From Octopus vulgaris (Eukaryota), in assembly GCA_951406725.2 (NCBI GenBank), contig OX597815.1, forward strand, positions 137,330,001 through 137,394,000: a stretch of 64,000 nt of DNA. The letters are read 5' to 3'. The notes under the pieces are model-generated. The model was not told the origin of the DNA. It saw only the letters and a program-made list of their open reading frames with translations, and did no database searches. A program made the translations under genes and the position numbers. Shown piece after piece: positions 1-17,450 of the stretch. Position 1 is the first letter of the stretch. Every line of letters starts with the position of its first letter.

Positions 1-40
1 TAAAAAAAAAGGTTCAATCGACTTGTTGGCATCAAAACTT

Positions 41-370
41 TCAAGAACAAACTCCAACCGCTGACCCTCTCACTCCATCTTTCTCTCTCTCTTCTTTCTC
101 CCTCTTCTTTAGAATTTTCTTCAAAGAGTGCAGTGGCCTGTACTCTTTCAGTTGGATGGTCTCGTACTGTCTGTACTCCAGCATTTCTGCTTCTCTTCGT
201 TTATCTCTCCTTCTCGAATCACTCATATTGTTTCCAACAAGACAAGACATCGCTTCAACCACTCCACCCACCCATCCAGGCAGAGCTCTTCTGTAGTTCC
301 TCCTCTGAAAATGGTTTTCTTGCAACTGTTGAAGAGGTGGATCCTTTACAGAATCCATCTCGATTGTCTG
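41..370 (-). CDS. Candidate terminal coding exon of an unidentified host gene (QTIEMDSVKDPP...GSAVGVCS*)
   Basis: Non-repetitive open frame of about 109 codons. TAGCAG tandem acceptor at 368-373 is in phase 0; stop at 41-43. No family recognised. Confidence 0.3.
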   Translation of the reverse strand, partial: QTIEMDSVKDPPLQQLQENHFQRRNYRRALPGWVGGVVEAMSCLVGNNMSDSRRRDKRREAEMLEYRQYETIQLKEYRPLHSLKKILKKREKEEREKDGVRGSAVGVCS

Positions 371-474
371 CTATGTCCATGAACAAATAAATCCACCAAC
401 AAAATAAGACTAACGTATATGAAATACCATGGAAGACAGAAAGACAAAACTGACCGAAACAATATTTTTACTCC

Positions 475-2023
475 ATAATTTCTAAAATTTTGGATGAAGA
501 GAACAGTCGTTTAGATTGCCGCCATTGCTTGGCTTTATTAGTTTTGTCGACATTAGTAGAGTTGAGAAACAAAGTTTAACCTCAGCAGTATTTAAACTCT
601 GAACATAACACTATGAATCCAAATACCAGGTGACAGTTCACTCTTCACTCAAATGATTCTGCTATTCTACACATTTGATAATGATTTCTACCTTCAACTG
701 AGGGTCACGTATTTTGAGATGCATATGATTTACCATTCCACTACCCGACTTATTTATTTATAGCTTCCGTCCCAGAGGAACGATGTCAGAATCGACCCCT
801 GCTAATGTGATTTGAAACCAGAAATGTAAGATATATAGAGTCCAGTGACCTATCAGTTTTGTCACTTCTCCACTATTCTTATTAATGATTTACAATATAA
901 GTAGAAGTTTTGGAAGAAGACTATAGTCCATTAGATTTGCTACCATGCTTGCCTGGTATCTAATTTATAGACCCTTGAAATATAAAAGGCAAATTCGAAT
1001 TAAGCTGTTAATGAACCTAGAAAGTTAAGCGAAACTAAATAGTGCAGAATATTTTATCCGGCTCTCTACTGGCTACTCATCGAACAAAGTGCCTTGCTGT
1101 ATTTCTGCGTATTGCAAGACATTCAGTTCGTAAGTCTACAATTCTGCTATTATGTAATAATAATTGTTTCTAGCCTAGACGCAAGGCTAAAAAAGCGGTG
1201 ATCTGGCAGAAACGTTAGCACGCCGGGCGAAATACTTAGCGGTATTTCGTCTGCCGTTACGTTCTGAGTTCAAATTCCGCCGAGGTCGACTTTGCCTTTC
1301 ATCCTTTCGGGGTCGATAAATTAAAGTACCAGTTACGCACTGGGGTCGATGTAATCGACTTAATACCTATGTCTGTCCTTGTTTGTCCCCTCTATGTTTA
1401 GCCCCTTGTGGGTAATAAAGAAATAGGTATTATGTCTGCCGTTACGTTCTGAGTTCAAATTCCGCCGAGGTCGACTTTGCCTTTCATCCTTTCGGGGTCG
1501 ATAAATTAAGTACCAGTTACGCACTGGGGTCGATGTAATCGACTTAATCCCTTTGTCTGTCCTTGTTTGTCCCCTCTATGTTTAGCGCCTTGTGGGAAAT
1601 AAAGAAATAAGACGCAATGCCAAATATTTGCAGGAGTGAATCAGTCGAATATGAGAGGAACTATGATGTCTTGTATAGACACAAATTTTGTGTAAGAAAT
1701 CGAAAATGTTTTTGGAAAGGTGCCTACTCAGTATTTTACTGGTATTCAATTCATCGACTCCGAAATGACGATGATGACAATGATGACGATGAGGATGACA
1801 GTCCTTTCTATCATATGCACAAGGCCTGAAATTTTGTAGTGGTGGGGGTGCCCGGCTGGTTGCATCGACTCCAGTGTTCTACTGACACTTATTTTATCGA
1901 CCATGAAAAGATGAGAGGCAAAGTCGACCTCAGCGCATTAGAACTCAGAACATAAAGATGTACGAAATGCCGCTAAACATTTTGTTCGGCATGCTAACGA
2001 TGCTGTCTGGTCGCCGCCTTAAC

Positions 2024-2119
<96 letters not shown>

Positions 2120-2120
2120 A

Positions 2121-2158
<38 letters not shown>

Positions 2159-2409
2159 GGTGGTGGTGATGATGACAAGAAGGAGGAGGATGAGGAGGAG
2201 GATTTCAAATCTTGCACAAGACCAACAATTTCGGGGAATGGACTAGTTGATTATGTTGACTCCAGTGTTGGACTGATACTTATTTTATTGACCCCGAAGC
2301 GATGACATGCAAAGTCGACCTTGATACAATTTGAACTCAAAACGTTAAGATGGACGAAAAGCCACAAAACATGACCCTTCTAGCTTGTTGCCTTAATAAT
2401 GATGTTGAA

Positions 2410-2465
<56 letters not shown>

Positions 2466-3439
2466 GGAGGAGGAGGAGGAGGAGGAGGAGGAGGAGGAAG
2501 AAGAAGAAGAAGAAGAAGAAGAAGAAGAAGAAGAAGAAGAAGAAGAAGAAGAAGAAGAAGAAGAAGAAGAAGAAGAAGAAGAAGAAGGTTTTCTAATTTA
2601 GAATTTTTTTCTTCTCATAGGCACAAGGCCCGAATTTGTAAAGGGAGAATTTAGTTCAAAACATCGACCGTAACGCTGAAAAATACTAAAGATGAAATGC
2701 CATGTCAACTTCGGCAGGATTCGAACTCAGATTATAAAGAACCGGAACAAATACTGCATGGCATTTCTTCCAATGTTCTAATGATTCTGACAACTTGCCG
2801 CCATTGTTTCTGCTTTAGGCACAAGATCAGCAGTTTGAGGGAAGGGGATTAATCGATGTCATTGACCTGAGTGCTTCTTCACTGATGCTTTATTTTTGTC
2901 GACCCCGATGAACGAAAGGCAAAATTTAACCTCGACTGAATTTGAAATCAGAACGTGAAATGTCGGAAAAAATCTCGGAAAGGTCGCCATAATAATAATT
3001 AATATACCACATGCTTACGTACAATCGCCACCCGACACTAAGAAACATAATGCAACTTGCAAATGAATACATAAATAGTTGACAAGTTATACAACACTCA
3101 CGTCACATAATCTAGACTAGTGAGAGACGACACCAGAATTAACAAAACAATGTAAAACGAATGTAGCATACAAGTATCATTTTACACCCATAGAAATATT
3201 AATGTAAAATATATCTCAGGGATACAGAGATGCACCTAATTATGCAATAGAAGCTAGCATATAATTGTTGACAACATGCGAATTATAACAATAATAAGTC
3301 GATTATATCGACTCCAGTGCTCAAGCGATAATTATTGCAGTCACTCTGAGGAGAAGATGAAAAGCAAAGTCGACCTCAGCAGAATTTGAACTCAGAACGT
3401 ATAGACGGACGAAATGCCGCTGAGCGATTTTGTCCGCCG

Positions 3440-3537
<98 letters not shown>

Positions 3538-3665
3538 TTAGACACAATGCTTGCAATTTTGGAGTGGGGTGGGGTAGTTGTTATCATCAACCCTAATATT
3601 TCATTGGTACCTCATTTTTACGATTCCGGAAAAATGAAAGGCAAAGTTAACTTCGCGGTTTTTGA
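475..3665 (-). mobile_element. Stack of about 10 old, diverged tRNA-derived SINE copies (Meta/MESC-like core), same orientation, separated by (AAT)/(GAT)/(GAA) tracts
   Basis: Recurrent degenerate 'atcgacccc..gaaaggcaaagtcgacctc..gaatttgaactcagaac' near 545, 775, 965, 1895, 2290, 2690, 2900, 3350, 3620. Confidence 0.75.
1192..1610 (+). mobile_element. Young tRNA-derived SINE, dimeric (head plus two 185-bp body units)
   Basis: A-box-like TGGCAGAAACG and B-box GAGTTCAAATTCC. Units start at 1241 and 1426. Flanked by AGACGCAA direct repeats (1177, 1610). Confidence 0.85.
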
Positions 3666-3684
3666 ATGACATCAACAACAACAG

Positions 3685-3734
<50 letters not shown>

Positions 3735-4031
3735 ATGACGACGACGAAGATTGTCGTTTATGATTCCTTTTATTTTGCTACTGGGCCATCTGATGAGAAG
3801 GACAACAATAACAAAAGCTATAGCGTCACCAACAACAATATAAAAAAAAAGAGCAATAACTGCCAGAACAATTACAAAAAAAAAGTTGTATCATCCAATA
3901 ATAAATAAAAAACAATATATTCATCATTATAATATTTTTTTTTCCTTTCCTTTTCAAGCAATAACAATAGCAAAAAAAAAACAAAAAAAAAAGCAATAAT
4001 AAAAGATATAGCTGAAGTAGAATTTACTTAC

Positions 4032-4056
4032 CAGAAACGTAGAGTTGTGAATCGAC
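4032..4056 (-). CDS. Candidate 25-nt micro-exon
   Basis: Minus strand reads tctctcaactttttgtttttcaag|GTCGATTCACAACTCTACGTTTCTG|gtaagtaaa: strong polypyrimidine/AG acceptor and consensus donor. Confidence 0.4.
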
Positions 4057-4499
4057 CTTGAAAAACAAAAAGTTGAGAGAAAAATGGGAGTTACTTTCTC
4101 TTGAAACTTGATGAACTATTTAAATATTTTCACTGGTGATAGTGGTAGTGATGACAGTTGTGGTTGTGGTTATGTTTATGGTTGTTGTAGAGGTGATAGA
4201 GGTAATATATTTTGTGGAGCTACTTTTTACCTTTTTTTTTTCTCTCTTTCTTTAGTTCCATCTTCTCATCTTTGTTTCATTTGTTCATTCGCACACTCAA
4301 TCTACTTCTCTAAAAATCCATCTCAATAATTCCCTTTTATATTGCGAGATTATGCAGATTTACGATATACATTTTTATATGTGCATATCCACACCTCCTC
4401 ACTCCTCTTTGTCTCTCTCCACCTCTATCTCCCTCTTTGCCTCTCTCCAAATACATAAATATATATACATATGTGCGTTTTTCTCTATGAACAAATATG

Positions 4500-7661
<3,162 letters not shown>

Positions 7662-7819
7662 GGGATTTGGGTTTTTTTGATTCTTGGGTTTTTTAACCTT
7701 GTGCAACCCCTCATTGAGACCCTTTCCTATTGCATGAAAACTTCAATTTCCATTTTATGTTATTTTGTTTGCATGTTTTTTTTATTTTTTGTCTTTTTCA
7801 TTTAGAAAATTGATGACGA

Positions 7820-8330
7820 TAAATGATGATTACGATGATGATGATGATGATGATGATGATGTTGTCTATGATGATGTCTGTAATGGTGGTGATGGTGCTG
7901 ATGGTGGTGATGGTGGTGATGGTTGTGGTGGTGGTGGTGGTGGTGGTGGTGGTAGTGGTGGTGGCGGTGGTGGTTGGAATGTTAGTGGTGATATCAGTTG
8001 TAGCTAAATACAATATATTCTCTAAGTAAGGATGAAGAAGATAGTGAAATGATGACAAAGTCGTGGCGGCATGGATGGCTGGCTGGCTGGTTGGATGGAT
8101 GGATGGATGGATGGATGGATGGATGGATGGATGGATGGCCGGATGGATGGTGTTCATGATGATGATGATACTGCGGAGGAAGAGGAGGAGGTGAAGTAGG
8201 ATGACGGCGATGATAATGACAATGATGATAATGATGATGTTGGCGACAACGACAATGACTATTATTAGGCTGATGTTGATTTTTTTTTTAAACAACCACA
8301 AACAAAACAACCAAAACAGCAGCAGCAGCG

Positions 8331-8382
<52 letters not shown>

Positions 8383-8404
8383 CAGCAGTAGTAGTAGTAG
8401 CAGC

Positions 8405-8463
<59 letters not shown>

Positions 8464-8470
8464 CAGTAGC

Positions 8471-8527
<57 letters not shown>

Positions 8528-8570
8528 AGTGGCAGCAGCAGCAGCAACAACAACTACAGCAGCAACAACT
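7820..8570. repeat. Microsatellites (GAT)n, (GGT)n, (GGAT)n, (AGT)n
   Basis: Directly visible. Confidence 0.95.
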
Positions 8571-8861
8571 CCAGCAACGGCTCAACGGCAAAAAGTCACC
8601 TGTTCGGTTTTTTGAAATTAGTTAAGCCAAAATAATTGAAGTAATTATATTTGATTGTTCTATAATTCTTTCTTTCTCTATTTTCTCACTTTCATCCATT
8701 CTCTTCTTCCTAATCGCCCTCCCCGCCTTCCTTCTCTCTCAGTCACACTCACCCTATCCCACCCTCTCTGTCCCCCTTCTCTCTCTCTCTCTCACTCTCT
8801 CGCTCTCTCCCTCTCTCTCCTATGCAGAATGGTTAAGAAGTAATGTTTCACATTTTGCGTG

Positions 8862-8906
<45 letters not shown>

Positions 8907-8911
8907 TTGCG

Positions 8912-8943
<32 letters not shown>

Positions 8944-8990
8944 ATGCTTACATAGATATATAACATCGTGTATAAATACACACAAGCGTG

Positions 8991-9094
<104 letters not shown>

Positions 9095-9553
9095 GCAGGT
9101 ATGCAACACGTGGTTTCCCGATGCTTGTTGCGCCAAGGCATCTTGAGCAAGTATCTTACTACAGCCGCCGGTTGCTTAATAATTTACGAGTGGAATTTGG
9201 CAAATTGAAATTGCAAAAGACTATCACACACACACACACACACATAATTGCGCAATTCTCAATATTCAAACTAAAAGAGAAGGATATAGACAGAAGCTCA
9301 GCCTACATGTTTTTGTTTACATATACAGAGTGGTGTATGTAGGTTTATGTGGAATATTGTGTGTATGCATATTATGTATGTATATTGTGCATACTTCTAA
9401 ATATATTCATATATACATTTATACATGCATATGTATACACACACATGTATACACACACGCACGCATATTAATATGTATGTATATGAATAGCAACATATAT
9501 ATATATACATACACACACAAACATACGCGCACACGTGTATATATATATATGTT

Positions 9554-9621
<68 letters not shown>

Positions 9622-9653
9622 GAAACACACATATACACATACACGCCCAGGTG

Positions 9654-9692
<39 letters not shown>

Positions 9693-9875
9693 ACACACAA
9701 ACACGTGTATATATATATATAATATGGACCTTAGTAATTTTTCATTATGGATTTGCTTTTCATCATTTTGCGGTCGATAAAATAAGTGCCAGTTGAGACC
9801 TGTGGTCGATGTAATCCACTAACCCCCTCCACGAGCATTTCTGGCCTTATGCCTGTAGTAGATAAGATGATGATG

Positions 9876-9944
<69 letters not shown>

Positions 9945-10303
9945 GTTGTTGTTGTTGTTGTTCGAACGCAATATTTCTCGGAGAAAATTACTCAGTATGC
10001 TTTCACATTCTTTAAGACGTAATACATGTATTTGAAGGAGATTTGGCTGCTAATCTTAGTGGTCGAATGATACCCTAAAAAAAGAGCACTTGCTAACACA
10101 CTGTTTGTTTATTCTTGGTTGTTTTCGTTGTGCATACTCTTGAAGGTGTTGCATTTATACTTATATTCTTGGTTGCATTTTGACTGAACATCAAACATGC
10201 GATATTGTGACATCTCCAACAACGCCACGGTTATTGGAGAGGACAACAAACACAACTTAACGCGAACCCGAGATGCGATGTCGATTGGTCAAGAGAGGCT
10301 TAC

Positions 10304-10429
10304 CTCCTTGTTCTTGTTATTGTTATAGCCGCTGCTACTGCTACTGCTGCTACAACTGCTACTGCTGCTGCTACTGCCGCTGCTGCTCTGTTGTTGTTTT
10401 CCCCATGTGCGTATCGATTCGCCGGTAAC
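10304..10429 (-). CDS. Candidate 126-nt exon; one frame gives an Ala/Val hydrophobic run followed by RTR
   Basis: tacatacag| acceptor and gag|gtaagc donor. Length divisible by 3; two frames open. Confidence 0.25.
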
Positions 10430-10599
10430 CTGTATGTATACAATGACGCGGTTACCGTCGTTGATTGCTTTTGTTGCTCGTGCCATTTCTCCTTGTTTGT
10501 TTACATTTAGTAAAGCTAGGCATCTATAAGTGTGTGTGTGTGTATGTAAATATACATACATACATACATATGCATAAATACACATACACACATATATCT

Positions 10600-10855
10600 C
10601 TTCGAAACACGCACTGAGTCGAACCAGGGACAGCTGATGAAGGGGAATATTCCTTGTATTGCTTGTCTTGTACTCTGTTTTTTCGTTGTCAAAAAAAGTC
10701 CGTTTCCTAGTTTGTTTTTATGTTTTCGTTTCTCGTTGAGTTCTACGTTACTTGTGGTGTCCTGTACTCATGTATATATATATATATATGCATGTATATA
10801 TACATGTAGATGTAGGTACGTACATATATGTATGTATGTATGTATGCATATTTTA

Positions 10856-10870
<15 letters not shown>
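10600..10870 (+). repeat. Copy of a TA-tailed, T-rich interspersed repeat family (also 42290-43320, 45005-45540)
   Basis: Shared 'gctgatgaaggggaat.ttccttgt...tcttgtactct.tttttcgttgtc...tcctgtac' followed by a TA-rich tail. Confidence 0.65.
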
Positions 10871-10923
<53 letters not shown>

Positions 10924-11409
10924 CATGCCTTATACCAAAAGATACATGTGTCTATGTATCTACATGTGCTCGCGTGCATATACACAGACTTTTTTCACTG
11001 AATGCATGTGTTTGTGTATATTTGTGAAAACATGTGCGCATGCATATCTTAGTTCTTTAGTTTTGGGGGGTTTTTTAGCTATCGGAACCAAGGCAACGCT
11101 GGAGCACCGATATGTGCATGTGTGTGTGTGTGTGTTTGTAAATATATATATTAATAATAATACTGTAATTGTTCCATTGTTGTTGTTTTTTTGTTTCCCG
11201 TTTGGATTAAAATTATATATATATATATATATATGCGTGGGTATGTGTGTGCATGTGTGTTTGTATGTGTGCGTGTGTGTGTACTTCTGGGTGCATGAGG
11301 TGTTTGCTCATTGTATGCTTGTAAGACGCGTTCTTAACAAAGTAAAATAATTACAAATAAATGTGAAAAGGAATCGAAATGAAAGTGAGGAAATTTTAAG
11401 TGTCATTAG

Positions 11410-11990
<581 letters not shown>

Positions 11991-12047
11991 GATATAGCGA
12001 TTGTAGTGAAGGTGGTTGGGAGGAGATAGGTTTTGAAAATATCTTAC

Positions 12048-12176
12048 AGCTGCTATATTCAGGATGGTAAAACGGGTAGCTGATGCCGGCTGGTGTTAGC
12101 GAAACGGTTTTGCCGAATATGATGGGGAAGAAAAAAAACTTGTCGTTCGTTTGTTCATCCGTATATTTAACTACGG
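12048..12176 (-). CDS. Candidate 129-nt phase 1-1 exon ([43 protein letters not shown])
   Basis: ttcaaag| acceptor and gct|gtaaga donor. Open frame that joins in phase with 13718-13777. Confidence 0.3.
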
Positions 12177-13717
12177 CTTTGAACGATGGATGGCAATATA
12201 TTAGCATTAACACAACTCGAACCACCACTGCCACTACCACGACTGCCACTTCTGCCACGGGTGCAACCATTGCGGCCACGGCTTACCCAAATTGTCACCC
12301 CCCCCCCGCCTCTGTTATTACCGCTACCCTCCAACTCCACCACCGTTACCAACACCTTAATCTTGCCTCTACTTTCATCAACAACAACAGCAACAACAAC
12401 AACAACAACAGCAACAGCATTAACCATGCCGTCACTACAACCGTCACATACATAATCATGTTTAGCATACCACCTCTACCACTAACACCACTAACACCTT
12501 TACTATCAACACCACAACCACCACCACCAATACAACCTCCCACCACTATCACTACAAGAACAATAACAACAACGCAGTTATGATACCACCACCACCACTA
12601 CTGGCAAACTGCATCTCCCCACCGCCCCTGTCATCACAGCCAGCCACCGTCACTATTGCTGTCGTGGAATGGTGGGTGGATGCATGGATATACGGGTGTG
12701 TCATTATATATACGGGTGGATGGATAGGTGGATGGATGGATGGATGGATGGATGGATGGGTACGTTGATGGGTCTATGGAAGGGTGGGCGAACTGACGGA
12801 TTGGTGGATGAGCGGATGGATGGATGGATGGATGGATGGATGGATGGATGGATGGGTGGATGGAAGGTTGGTTGAGGGAATGGATGGATAGGTGGATGGG
12901 TGGATAGAGGGAAGGGGTTGGGTTGCAGGATGATTGGATATGTTACTGTAGAAGATAAGGGTGGATTGAAGAGTGGAGGACGGATGGATAAACGGGTGGA
13001 TTGTCGGCTGAGTGGGTGGAGAGATTGACGGCTGATAGACAGCTGCAGTGACAAGCAGCTAGACATACACAGGCAGAGAGAGAGAGAGAGAGAGAAAGAG
13101 AGAGCGAGGGAGAGAGAGAGTGAGGGAGAGAGAGAGAGCGAAGGAGAGAGAAAGCGAAGGAGAGAGAGAGAGAGAGAACGAGTGAGAGAGAGAAAGATAG
13201 AGAAAGCGAGAATGAGAAAGAGATGCTACAGTCAGACCGAAAAATACTGACATTTCGACAGGCCAGACATAGAGACAGACATAGAGACAGACAATCAGAC
13301 GAACAGACAGTTAAATAACGAAATACTGACTCACTACACCACACACGCGACACACACAGACACACACACACACAAAAAAAAAAAGAAACACTAATAATTT
13401 CATTGACTGATTGCTAGACGGCTATAGGCGCGTGTGTGTGTGTGTGTGTGTCCGCGCACCGCATGTGTGTGTGTGTGTGCATGTTTGTCTGCGTGCGTGC
13501 GAGTTTCTGTGTTTGCCTGTGTTTTTGTGTATGTGCAATTGTGTGTATGTATGTATGTATGTATGTACGTCTGTACATGCGTATGTGTTTGTATGCGCGA
13601 GCGCACGTGTATATTTGTATATGCCGGTATCAAGTGTCTTACTGGAATATATCTGCTGTTGTTGTTGTTGTTGTTGTTGTTGTTTCATCTCAGTCAACGG
13701 TCCTCGAACAGTCCTAC

Positions 13718-13777
13718 CTTTTCTTAAACACTTCCCATCCGTGACCATCCCGTGTTTTCTCCTAGACCACGTTATCC
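13718..13777 (-). CDS. Candidate 60-nt phase 1-1 exon (ITWSRRKHGMVTDGKCLRK)
   Basis: gtctttaaaacag| acceptor and aag|gtagga donor. Unique-sequence island between microsatellites. Confidence 0.25.
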
Positions 13778-14189
13778 CTGTTTTAAAGACAAACAGCGGG
13801 TGTGCTCTCAGATAACCATGATAATGTTGACATGATAAGCGACCACAATCAGGTCGATGATGATGGTGATGATAAAGATGGTGGCGATTGCGGTTGTCGT
13901 AGTTGGTGGAGGAGGTAACAGTTGTGGTGGTGGTGGTGGTGGTGGTGGTGGTGGATAGTGGTTTTGGTGGTATTGGTGGTAGCAGCAGTGGTTAAGTTTA
14001 TAGTGAGGGTGGTAGAACTGAGAACAGTTGATGATAGTTATGATTGCAGTTATAATGGTGATGGTGATGGTGGTGATTGTGGTGGTGGTGGTGGTGGTTG
14101 TGGCGGTGTTGGTGGTGGTAGTGGTGGTGATCTTCATAGTTGTTGTTGTTGTTGTTGTTGTGATAGTCTTGATTTTGTTTTGCTTATTT

Positions 14190-14580
14190 GAGGCTGACTT
14201 TGCAGTTCGTCCATCTTTACCTTCTGAGTTCAAATTCTACCGAAGTCGACTTTGACTTTCTTCCTTTCGAGGTCGATAAATTAAGTATCAGTGAAACATT
14301 GGGATCGAGGTAATCGACTTATCCCCTCCCTGCTCCTGAAATTGCTGGCTTTGTGCCAAAATTTGAAATGACGAGCTAGCAGAATCGTTAGCACGCCGAG
14401 CAAATTACTAAGTTGCATTTCGTCCGTCTTCGCGTACTGAGTTCAAATTCCACCGAGGTCGACTTTTCCTTTCATCCTTTCGGGCTTGATAAAATAGGTA
14501 CCAGTGAAACATTGGGGTCAACGTAATCGACTTATCCTCTCCTCAAAAACTTCTGGCCTTGTGCCAAAATTTAAAAACAA
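14190..14580 (+). mobile_element. Two adjacent older SINE copies with the 'ggccttgtgccaaaatttgaaa' tail
   Basis: B-box GAGTTCAAATTC plus the core gtcgactt..ctttcatcctttcg..gataaa..gtaccag, seen twice. Confidence 0.8.
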
Positions 14581-14842
14581 TAATTATTGTCGTTGTTCAT
14601 GTTGCTTTTGTTGTTGTTGGAGTGTATTTTCTTGTTGTTCATTTTGTGTTTTTGTTACTGTTGTTCAACTTGTTACTGAAGTTTTGGTTGTTATTGGTGT
14701 TGTTGTTATAACTATTTTAGTTGTCACTTTTGTTGTTGTTACTCAGAATGATATTGCGACGCTTATTGTTCGTTGTTATCGAGATTGTTACTCTTGTTAA
14801 TATTGTCGTTGTTACCCAGCTTATTATTTATATTAACATTAC

Positions 14843-15597
14843 ATGGCAAAATCGTTAGTACACTGGATGAAATGCTTAGCGGTATTTCGTCTGGCGCTAC
14901 GTTCTGAGTTCAAATTCCGCCGAGGTCGACTTTGTCTTCCATCCTTTCGGGGTCGATAAATTAAGTACCAGTTACGCACTGGGGTCGAAATATTCGACTT
15001 AATCCGTTTGTCTGTCCTTGTTTGTCCTCTCTGAGTTTAGCCCCTTATGGGTAGTAAAGATATAGGTATTTCGCCTGTCGCTACGTTCTGAGTTCAAATT
15101 CCGCCGAGGTCGACTTTGCCTTTCATCCTTTCGGGGTCGAGTAAATAAGTACCAGTTACGCACTGGGGTCGATATAATCGACTTAATCTGTTTGTCTGTC
15201 CTTGTTTGTCCTCTCTGTGTTTAGCCCCTTATGGGTAGTAAAGATATAGGTATTTCGCCTGTCGCTACGTTCTGAGTTCAAATTCCGCCGAGGTCGACTT
15301 TGCCTTTCATCCTTTCGGGGTCGATAAATTAAGTACCAGTTACGCACTGGGGTCGAAATATTCGACTTAATCCGTTTGTCTGTCCTTGTTTGTCCTCTCT
15401 GTGTTTATCCCGTTATGGGTAGTAAAGATATAGGTATTTCGCCCGTCGCTACGTTCTGAGTTCAAATTCCGCCGAGGTCGACTTTGCCGTTCATCATTTC
15501 GGGGTCGATAAATTAAGTACCAGTTGGTTACTGGTGGCGATCTAATAGACAGGCCCCTTCCCCAAAAATTTCAGGCCTTATGCCTAGAGTAGAAAAT
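14843..15597 (+). mobile_element. SINE tetramer: one head plus four body units with a 184-bp period
   Basis: Units start 'ggtatttcg' at 14881, 15065, 15249 and 15433. The last unit has the alternative tail. Confidence 0.9.
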
Positions 15598-15869
15598 TAA
15601 TATTGTTTTTCTTCATGTTGTTATTGGAGTTTACGTTGTTGTTATCCAAGTTCTTACAAGTACTGATAGTGTTGATTTTGTTATTATTCAAGATGAAAAA
15701 TGGATTTATATCTTTGCTGTTGTTCAGATAGTTACGGCAGTTAATATAATATTGTTGTTATTGTGGTTGATGTTTTTGGTAAGATTGTAATTATTATAGC
15801 TCTTTGACATTGTTATTATTTATGCTTTTACTTTTGTAAATATTGTTATTATTCGGCCTGCTATTTTAG

Positions 15870-15910
<41 letters not shown>

Positions 15911-16407
15911 GAGCTTCTTACTGGTGTTGATATCACTTTTGTTGTTGTTTCTTGTTGTTCAAGTTCTTAACACCTGTTAATATTATTGTTGTTAGTAAAG
16001 TTGTGTTTCTTTTACAGTTGTTGATATTGTTGAGATTATTACATTCATTAATACTGTTGTTGTTCCCGTTGTTATTGTTGTTGTTATTGTTGTTATTTAG
16101 GGTGTTTTTATTAATGTTATCGACTGCTATTCATACTCTTCTTATTCGTTATTGTATTCAGGTTGTTGTTAAAGTTCTAGGAGTTTGTTAAGCCTATTAT
16201 AAATTGTTGTAGTTTATGTTCTTCATGTTGTTATTCGTGTTGATATCATCATTATTATTATTATCAAACTTATACTGATAATCTTGTTATATAAGTTGTT
16301 GCAAGTATCAATATTATTGTTATCGTATTCAGATTCAGGTTGTTCCAGCTGTTGATATTGTTACTGTTAAGACTACAATTGTTGATAATGTTGTTTGGGT
16401 AGGTACC

Positions 16408-16628
16408 TATTTCTTTACTACCCACAAGGGGCTAAACACAGAGAGGACAGACAAGGAGATTAAGTCGATTACATCGACCCCAGTGCGTAACTGGTACTTA
16501 ATTTATCGACCCCGAAAAGATGAAGGTCAAAGTCGACCTCGGCGGAATTTGAACTCAGAACGTAACGGCAGACGAAATACGGCTACGCATTTCGTCCGGC
16601 GTGCTAACGTTTCTGCCAGCTCACCGCC
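16408..16628 (-). mobile_element. Full-length SINE monomer with target-site duplication
   Basis: TTGTTTGGGTAGGTACC repeated at 16391-16407 and 16629-16645. Confidence 0.9.
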
Positions 16629-17046
16629 TTGTTTGGGTAGGTACCGTTGTTGATGTTACTATCGTAATTTCTTTTCTCGCTGTTCTTGTTGTTATTGTTG
16701 TATATATCTTTATTCTGTATACTATGTGGGTTTTAATTACGTGTGGATAACTGTCCACGCTGCCCGGACATATTTTATTTGATTTCTATATTTTCTTTAA
16801 CATTTTGATGATATTTTCACATCAAAATATCAGCTAAACAAACACGATAAGTACCCTTTAAAAACAATGCAAAAACGAAAATAATACAATACAATACAAT
16901 ACAATACACAAAAATAAACAAAAAGTCAGCAAAAAATAATAAGCACCTTGGAATAAACACTTAAAACAAAACTATAATGAGTATAACGAGTATTTATTTA
17001 AATGACCACTTAATCATTTAATAAAAAAAGTAATCATTTCGAACAT

Positions 17047-17450
17047 AGGCGCAGGAGTGGCTGTGTGGTAAGTAGCTTGTTTACTAGCCACATGGTTCCG
17101 GGTTCAGTCCCACTACGTGGCACCTTGGGCAAGAGTCTTCTACTATAGCCTCGAGCCGACCAAAGCCTTGTGAGTGGATTTGGTAAACGGAAACTGAAAG
17201 AAGCCCGTCGTATATATGTATATATATATATGTATGTATGTGTGTTTGTGTGTCTGTGTTTGTCCCCCTAGCATTGCTTGACAACTGATGCTGGTGTGTT
17301 TATGTCCCCGTCACTTAGCGGTTCGGCAAAAAGAGACCGATAGAATAAGTACTGGGCTTACAAAAGAATAAGTCTCGGGATCGAGTTGTTCGATTAAAGG
17401 CGGTGCTCCAGCATGGCCGCAGTCAAATGACTGAAACGAGTAAAAGAGAA
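17047..17450 (+). mobile_element. tRNA-derived CORE-like SINE with internal (TA)/(TG) tract
   Basis: A-box TGGCTGTGTGG, B-box GGTTCAGTCCC, 'caccttgggcaag', and 3' 'ggcggtgctccagcatggccgcagtcaaatgactgaaac'. Confidence 0.85.

Noticed and set aside
10630-10660. CTGATGA/CTGAAGA motifs at ~10634, ~37023, ~42489 as hammerheads
   Set aside because: No stem II followed by GAAA and UH.
14881-15597. Regular repeats resembling a CRISPR array
   Set aside because: Whole 184-bp units repeat with no unique spacers; eukaryotic SINE; no cas genes.
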